From Bugula neritina (taxonomy: Eukaryota; Animalia; Bryozoa), in contig OZ037767.1 in NCBI GenBank assembly GCA_964035545.1, positions 4,356,707-4,420,706 of the forward strand: a DNA stretch of 64,000 nucleotides, in the 5' to 3' direction. A program made the translations under genes and the position numbers. Under the pieces are notes generated by a model. The model searched no databases, was not told the DNA's origin, and saw only the letters and a list, made by a program, of their open reading frames with translations. Shown piece by piece: positions 57,101 to 64,000 of this stretch (its first letter is position 1; every line of letters starts with the position of its first letter).

Positions 57101-58679
57101 GGCTAACATGAAAACTGCTAGGAAGACATGTTAATTAAGTGTTATTTTAAACTTTACTCCCGTCTATTTAAAGAGCACTTCTGGTGTGTGAGCAATAGAA
57201 GTGTTTTAGGGCTTATTTCTAGCCTTTTAGTTTGTTTCAATAGAATACAAGTTCTTTTCTCCACGCTCTAAAAAACTGCTTTAGCCACTGATAGTTGGTG
57301 CTAGGAACTAATATAAATTATCTCAAAGTTATAGGGACAAATTTATTCAAATATATTGACAATAAATTAGGAGAAATGTACTGAAAACCTTTCAAACTTT
57401 ATTTAGCAAGAACAACTTAAGTGCAACAGCTAACACATAAGACCCATATATAGCTGACTTTAGTGTATATGCTATTAATAAATTATGAAATTATTCTAAG
57501 CAATGTTAGACTGGAAGGTTTTTCCCTTAAATTCACTCAACAGAGCAACATAATATTTCCATAGATGTAGATATGAGAATCACCTAACCACAACTCCTAC
57601 ATTGATTTAACTACCTACGATCTACTTGACTTCACCTGAGCTTTGAGATTAACACAAATACAGTTCAACTGCATAAAACTACGGCAAATATTATTTACTT
57701 TTAAGAAGACAATAAAGTGGAGAAAAGCTGGGCTTATGTGGTTAAAGCTTTGGTAAGAAGTCTTGGTCGCCCTTTGAGCATAGCAAACATACTGGGTCTA
57801 CTACTTGGTAAGGAGCTCACTGTAATACTTAATCCAACTATTAATTTGTTTATATGCCAGAGCTATTCTTGTATACCTCTTCATTCATAATAAACTGCCT
57901 TAAGAACTCAGCAACGAGTGGAGCACTTTAGCCTCAGTGAAGTGCCTTGCACTAACTAAGAAATATGCTATAAACAAAGCAGGAAAAAGCACGTCCACTG
58001 ATAAAATACTCTGCTACAAGGACAGCAGGTTTTAGGGCTAGAAAACTTGTAAGGTATTTATTACTGTCTTAGAACCATAAAATTACATAACAGTTAATAG
58101 CAAATATACTATCTATATTCTATATTTCCCATATCTCTATATTAAAGGTTGACAACTTTGAATCTTGAGATTGAAAAAGAATTGTGTGCAAAAAATTATT
58201 TCCGTCAAAACTTGTCAGACTTAATATTTATCCTCGAAGATGATTTCAAGTGACATAAGATACTGCAGATTACCAAGGAGTAATCAGCAGTAATAGTATG
58301 ACAAGTGATGTGATAGGACCATTTCAAGAGGTACATTTATGGCAAGGTTTGTAAGGAGTGGATGGAGATATGCACAAGTGAGTGGATAAAACAGGGAACC
58401 CTTGGACATGTGGAGAAGTTACGTGTACTCCTTACTGCTATACAGGTATACATATAAAGGAGATAAAAATAAATTCAGAGGGTGTATAGATGCAAGCTTT
58501 CAAGTTTCTGTACTAAGTGAATTATAGCAGGTATTTATAACACATGGAGTTATCTGTTCAATTGAACCCTGAAAACTGAACTAATGAGAAAACTAAATTT
58601 CTGCACTGAATGAACGAAGGAGGGCTGCCATTGCTGCCAAGACAAAAGGACGGGAATTGTGCATTGACTTACCATCCAT
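51101..58679 (-). CDS. Four-TM claudin/PMP22-superfamily-like membrane protein with four LDL-receptor class A modules in extracellular loop 1 and a C-terminal PDZ-binding motif, ~671 aa
   Basis: Exons 58673-58679 (ATG GAT G), 56136-56368, 55438-55652, 54592-54802, 52843-53045, 52415-52561, 51101-52100 join in one frame (2016 nt). TM1 ICTIVVLLLFTTLAGVAMGGLSLWL-DNW; YGLLSHC; LDLa cores CDGTIDCPTGHDELNC, CNGINDCGMYEDEQNC, CDAKADCFDLSDEYDC, CKDFSDETEC; GKCF; three more hydrophobic helices; tail ends STQV. Confidence 0.82.
53038..53250. repeat. Degenerate ~23-bp minisatellite (CACATTGTTACAACATTGTATAT-like) at a splice acceptor
   Basis: acattg(c/t)tacaa recurs about 8 times; atcacattgctacaaca is present at both 53038 and 53160. 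Confidence 0.8.
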
Positions 58680-61600
58680 GGCTCTGAAAAAAAGAACAAA
58701 CATATTTTTTCATCTATTATAATTTCAACGATTAATGACTGCATAATTATGTTAATAGATGTCTTGAATAAATAGGCTTCGTGTCTAAAATTAGGCTTAT
58801 AACTTCAACTTCCACATACTATAATAGATACATTAATTTAGAAGCAACGTCTTTATTCTTGGTATAAATAATTACCTATCTGGCATGAAACTAATTTTAA
58901 TTGTGCATATAAATGAGAAATAACCTGCTGTACCATGCATGCTGCAGCACTGGTGCAATTATAATAACTACATTTGTCTGACACTACGCCTGTCTAGGTG
59001 TGGTCTTGCTCAATTATCATCTTTGAAAAGTACAAGAATTTCAGTAGAGAACAGAGACAGTTCTAATCTAACATGAGATATCTCAGTCCGACGAATACAC
59101 CGTTCTCCCTCGTGATCCAAAGATACCCTTCTTGCACACTGAACCGTAGCTTGCATTATTCAACTTTCAAATCAACTGCTGCACTGCAGCTAAGGCTAGT
59201 GGTTGTTCAGAGACTTATGTAAGGAGATCCAGCAGTTTAGATTTCAAAGTGTAAATTTCTACGAGCTATTTTGCTTGGTGCATTATAAATGCCAACATCC
59301 TAGATAACTTAATCTGATGATAAATTCAATAAGCTTTACAAAGTTAGGGCTTACTAGATGCTAATTCAAAGTTTTCAAGGAACAGCTATGCTGCTGAAAA
59401 CCAACAATTTGGGGTATTTATTAGTAATTATTTACTATAAGCTTTCTAATAGCTTTATGTCCCTGAGTGGTGCTTGAAGCTAGCTGGATGTGGACTAAGT
59501 AAACTGCTGGTGATTAAATTATTAGAGCAAATCAAGAACTTACAGGATGTGCACCTAATTGTAAACAATATTCCAATGCAGCAAAATGCTATCATTAACC
59601 AGAATATTAATTATGATCAATATCATACAATCTGCTGACCATTTCTCTCCATTTAAACCTACGAGTGTGTGGAGCTAGAACAATAGCATTATCAGATCCT
59701 TACACTGCTAATTAATGTGTTTATCAGGTAAATAATTCCTTAAATCCAATTATTAGAAGGTCAATGCTGACTACGAACAGCAAACAAGCGCCATTTCCCC
59801 TCAAATGTTAACAGCCAACGGATAGAGACATTAACACTCTCAGTGTGTCCGTTAGTTCTCCTGTACAGATGTTATGCTCATCATTATCACACCTATTTAT
59901 GCAATTTTGCTTTAGGAGAGCAATTCTTAGTAGCAAAAGGTGAACTTTGGATAACGAAAGCAGGTTTGCCTATTCGTGACAGGAAAATTCAACTCACCCA
60001 GGCTTGAAGTCATATTGTAGAAGCCTAATACAAGTGATCAACTAGTTTCTATGCTATACTGATGGTAAATAAGGTCTGTTTGGTAATAAAACAGCACAAT
60101 GGTGTAGTGTTTGCTGATGAATGAAGATAACGGTTTGTTATCTGAGAAAAATAAATGTGGAGATTATTGCTAAAAGCAGGAGCCAATGAAATGCACAAAG
60201 CAAACATGGCGAGAGTTTATCAGGGTAAACACTTGACCTTGTTCCTTGACTTGAACTTCCCCTCGTCATCTGACATTCTCTAATGAATTCAAACCAGGTC
60301 GTGTAATCTTTATGTACATTACACAACAGAATTATTATTCAATTTTTGGAGAAATATTTAATTTGATAGTTACTAGGTTGAATTTTGGTCAAGGAAAATA
60401 ACGATTGCACCATCTCCAAAGGAAGTCCACTTCAAAAGTTTAGGTAGTGAGCTACGACATGTTTAAAACATAAAAATTAAAGTTGGGTTCAGTGGGGTTT
60501 CATGAATATATCAATCGAATAGTCTTTATCTGAGAATAGACCGTAAAACAACTGTAATTTTGTTCAAATTCACCTTTAAAGCCCTAATAACTTCAATAAC
60601 CATATATATACTTTGTATGTAATTGGTTGAGCTTTTTCTCACGCTAAAGCTACCTTCTGTTTTTAGGCTGTGCTAAACAAGCTAATTTTGGCAAGAAGAA
60701 TAGCTTGCAGTCTCCAAATAGCTCTTCAGCACTTGGAGTGCGAGATTGCTCTCATTTGTGAAGCCAGTTTTCCCACTGCATGTCACTTTTTGTTGCGTTA
60801 TCTACAATTCTAAAGTCCATAAAATAACATCTCAAAATAATTAGTAGAGTTTCTCAACTTATAGGAAAGATTTCTCATGCTTGTATTTTAGCAACTCTCT
60901 AGTGATAGTATCTTACAAACTCCTCAACCTTTTGATGTGAAATTCGTCAATTGAAATGTTTGTATATCAGCGAAGATCTGCTGAAGCTAATCAACACTTT
61001 CTTAGAACATACTCTTTCACATCAACCTGAATTGTTTAGAACTCAACATGAAGGTTGAAATAGTCTGTGATACACACGTGTCTTGCCAAGTTTTCTCTTA
61101 CCAACATCATTTAATTGAAACACAATTTCGATTCCTATTAATACCCAATATTGCACAACTACAGCACCCCCCCCCCCCCCTCTATACCTCACAATTCCAT
61201 TTCTCATGAAATTTCATAGGTTACGAGAAAGACTTGGACCCGTTTTAGGGTTATGTATCCTAAGTGTGTATAAAAACAAACTAGCCCATGACCCATGAGG
61301 TAAATCTGGTATACTATGTTACAAGCTGAGGTTTTGGACCCGAAGCTTAGTGTAGGTTGTCCCTGTAATATGTTGCTCTGAGTAATTTGGGGAGACAATT
61401 TCATGTGCATATCATTAATAACTTGGGTTAACACGTGTAGAAAAACTCTTCAAATGTAGTTGTGTCAATTCCAGAGTAATATTGATATTCAATTTTCAGT
61501 CAGTCATTTTATTGTACTTCTGTAAGGTCAATAACTAATCAATTAGACATACAATATGCAGGAATTAAATTGGTAGCAGCAGTATTAAAACAACAAAAGA

Positions 61601-64000
61601 ATGAGATCTAAAGGAAGAACCTGTTGACATGGACAGCAGTTACAAAGGCAACATCTAGTATAAGTTCCAGATTGATTTATTTCTATTGGCAAACAAAGAA
61701 AATAATGCACCTGAGAAGGTGTCAGCTAACTTTGACATGCTGACTTTAACAAACCAATAGAATGCTGCCTGGGCCTGTGATTGTAGATTAGAGATGAAAA
61801 ATATTAAAAGGGCTTAGAAATTGTAATTTGTGATTGCACAGTTATTAGTTGCAGTGCTAAAAAGTTTCCCAGCCTGAGCTCTTTTATTTTCACATAAATT
61901 TAATTTTCAGGCATATTATGCTTATAATCAACCCCATCTATTACAGAGCTATTTGCAGGTGTTCAGGCTATGGTAGACCTATCCAAGTTCTGGCTAGTTT
62001 TGGATGGTCAACAGAAAGACACTAATTGTAATTTTCTCTGCTTGGGCACAGCAGAGTAGCTTAGTATAGCAGTGTTTTCAAGAGCTTCTAAAACCCCTGT
62101 AGGTGGCCAAAGCCCTCCATAGTTAAAGGTGGTACATTTTCTTGCCCCACCATATGTGGGTGAAATATGGAAAACAGAACTAGCATCTTGTAGGTGAGGT
62201 TGCACAACACAGGTGCCTAATTTATGTCAGAAAAATTAGCACACTGGTTTATGTTGTCAGTGCATTGTGATAATTTGATGAGAGTTAAAATTAGCATATT
62301 GTGGTGGGGGCTAGTTGGTACTGCAATAACCCACAATTCCACATAATTACAATAATAGTTCCTAAATTACCCTTAAAATATATAGCCTTGGGTGGCTTGG
62401 GGTTTTTCTTACAACTCCTAGTAAAATTAGTCAACTTCAAGCTCAAGAAATATCTTATAACATAGCAATGGCCACCCTTCATAATCGGGATTATATTGGA
62501 TTAAAAACAACGTAACAAATTCTACATGTGCATAATAAAAAATGTCTACTAGTAGACGTGACTATGTGGCTATTGTATTATAGTAGGATTGTATCATCTT
62601 CAAGCAGGCTGTTAGGAGAGAGTTTCAAGAAGCAGATGGTTATCTCGAGGTCAATTTACACTTCCTGTACCATGTTTATTTTAAACTTAGTTCTACCATT
62701 TGCATCACAAATATACAGTAGCTTTATCTTTGAAATTGCTACTAATCTAGATCACTGATTCAACGTTTTGGTGTGAAATTCATAATAAGTACTAAGCAGG
62801 AGATAGTTTATTCACTCTTGTATCTTGAAGATCTTGTCTGCTACAGCATAGACTATTTATTCAACAAACCAACCACTAGTGAATAACCAAACCAAAGGAA
62901 AAGGTTCTTGAACTAAAAATATTTGTGTTGAAAGAGAAAACATACTTGAATCACATTGTTGTTTTTCCACCTGCATTTAATTGAGCCTTTGCTAAGTTGC
63001 AATATGAATAAATATTGATGGGCCAGAAGATTTTGCATAAATTTATAGTCACACAGTTTTAACTCCATTAAGAAAGAATGTAAAATAAAAATGCAATCTA
63101 ATAAATATTAAAAGTAGTTGCTGGATTCTTGTATAATAATTACGCAAGCTCATTAGCTGAGTATTTCAAGCAACACCTTTGCTTCAATGTAGTAATCAGT
63201 CATTTATTTAACCTACCAGTGGAAGCCATGGAAGTCAATAAAGGCGGTTTATTAAATGACTATGTTATAAATTACAGCCTCTTTTCTGTAATTAACTGCT
63301 ATAATAAATACGGCAGGTAATGATGATGGCAAAGTAACATTATTATACCCAGGGATTTAATCAACCAAGCCTTACAAAAATGTCACACTGACACTAACCA
63401 TATATTTTAAATAAAACTGATGAAAAGCAACAGGAGAGATAACTTCCCAACTATATATTTCAAAGAGACCAATACTAAACTCATAATGAAAGTTAAATAC
63501 ACATTTATTCCTTACACTAGCATGCCTATTTGCACCATTTACCATAATGGTTTTTTTATTTTATTTACAAAAGCCTTCCAAAGAAGAGATATTGAGAAGT
63601 TTTTGCCTTGGGTCTTCAATTTTGTGACAGTGACACCAACTTTTGATAGCATCCGATTATTAGTTACTTTAGTATCACATTGATAGGCTTGTATGGTATA
63701 AATAGAGTATGAGAGATTTGAGCATAGAAAGCTGTCTTTTTAAGAGTTTGCTTTCTAGTAAAGCGAAAAAGCAGTCTCGTCAAAAATTAAAGAATATTTG
63801 AATCAAATCTGAATTGATAACTGTGATGTCTACAGAAACGTTATTTGCAGACATCAGAGATCTATATAAAACATTTAAAAACGCATCTAAACTGTCATTA
63901 TATCTTAGATAAGGTTAGGCCCATTAGAGTATAGTTTAGTCATTGCATAGCCTGTGAGATATTTTATTCGGTTTCAGTTCATCGCACATTTCAAATGAAG

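Noticed and set aside
58800-64000. Short ORFs, poly-C tract (~61167-61180) and a TTAA-ending repeat-like segment (~60340-60578)
   Set aside because: No recognisable protein motifs or paired termini. Most likely 5' introns or upstream DNA of the LDLa-claudin gene containing old repeat fragments.

Overview
AT-rich, intron-containing animal (invertebrate, probably lophotrochozoan; inferred) genomic DNA, so the ORF track mostly shows single exons and I rebuilt the genes by hand from GT-AG junctions and codon phase. There are eight intact spliced genes: AAR2 (-), a Golgi-type WSC/TSP1-like/WSC carbohydrate sulfotransferase (+), ANKEF1 (-), FKBP2 (+), a short STIP1/Hop lacking TPR1-DP1 (-), CCDC97 (-), a GH79 heparanase-like enzyme (+), and a 4-TM claudin-fold protein with four LDL-receptor class A modules inside its first extracellular loop (-). 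Six of these form three head-to-head pairs. About 33-42 kb is a transposon graveyard: a Penelope-like (Naiad-type) 3' end with a fossil hammerhead ribozyme, two Harbinger transposase pseudogenes and a gag-like remnant. Elsewhere there is a tRNA-derived SINE, a truncated LINE, a MITE-like element and several satellites and palindromes. The most novel-looking signals are the LDLa-claudin chimera (start codon in an 11-nt micro-exon, C-terminal PDZ ligand), hexamer-periodic DNA confined to promoter-proximal introns, the nematode-like minimal Hop, and the WSC-TSP1-WSC-CHST architecture. No database searches were run; family assignments rest on recognised motifs.
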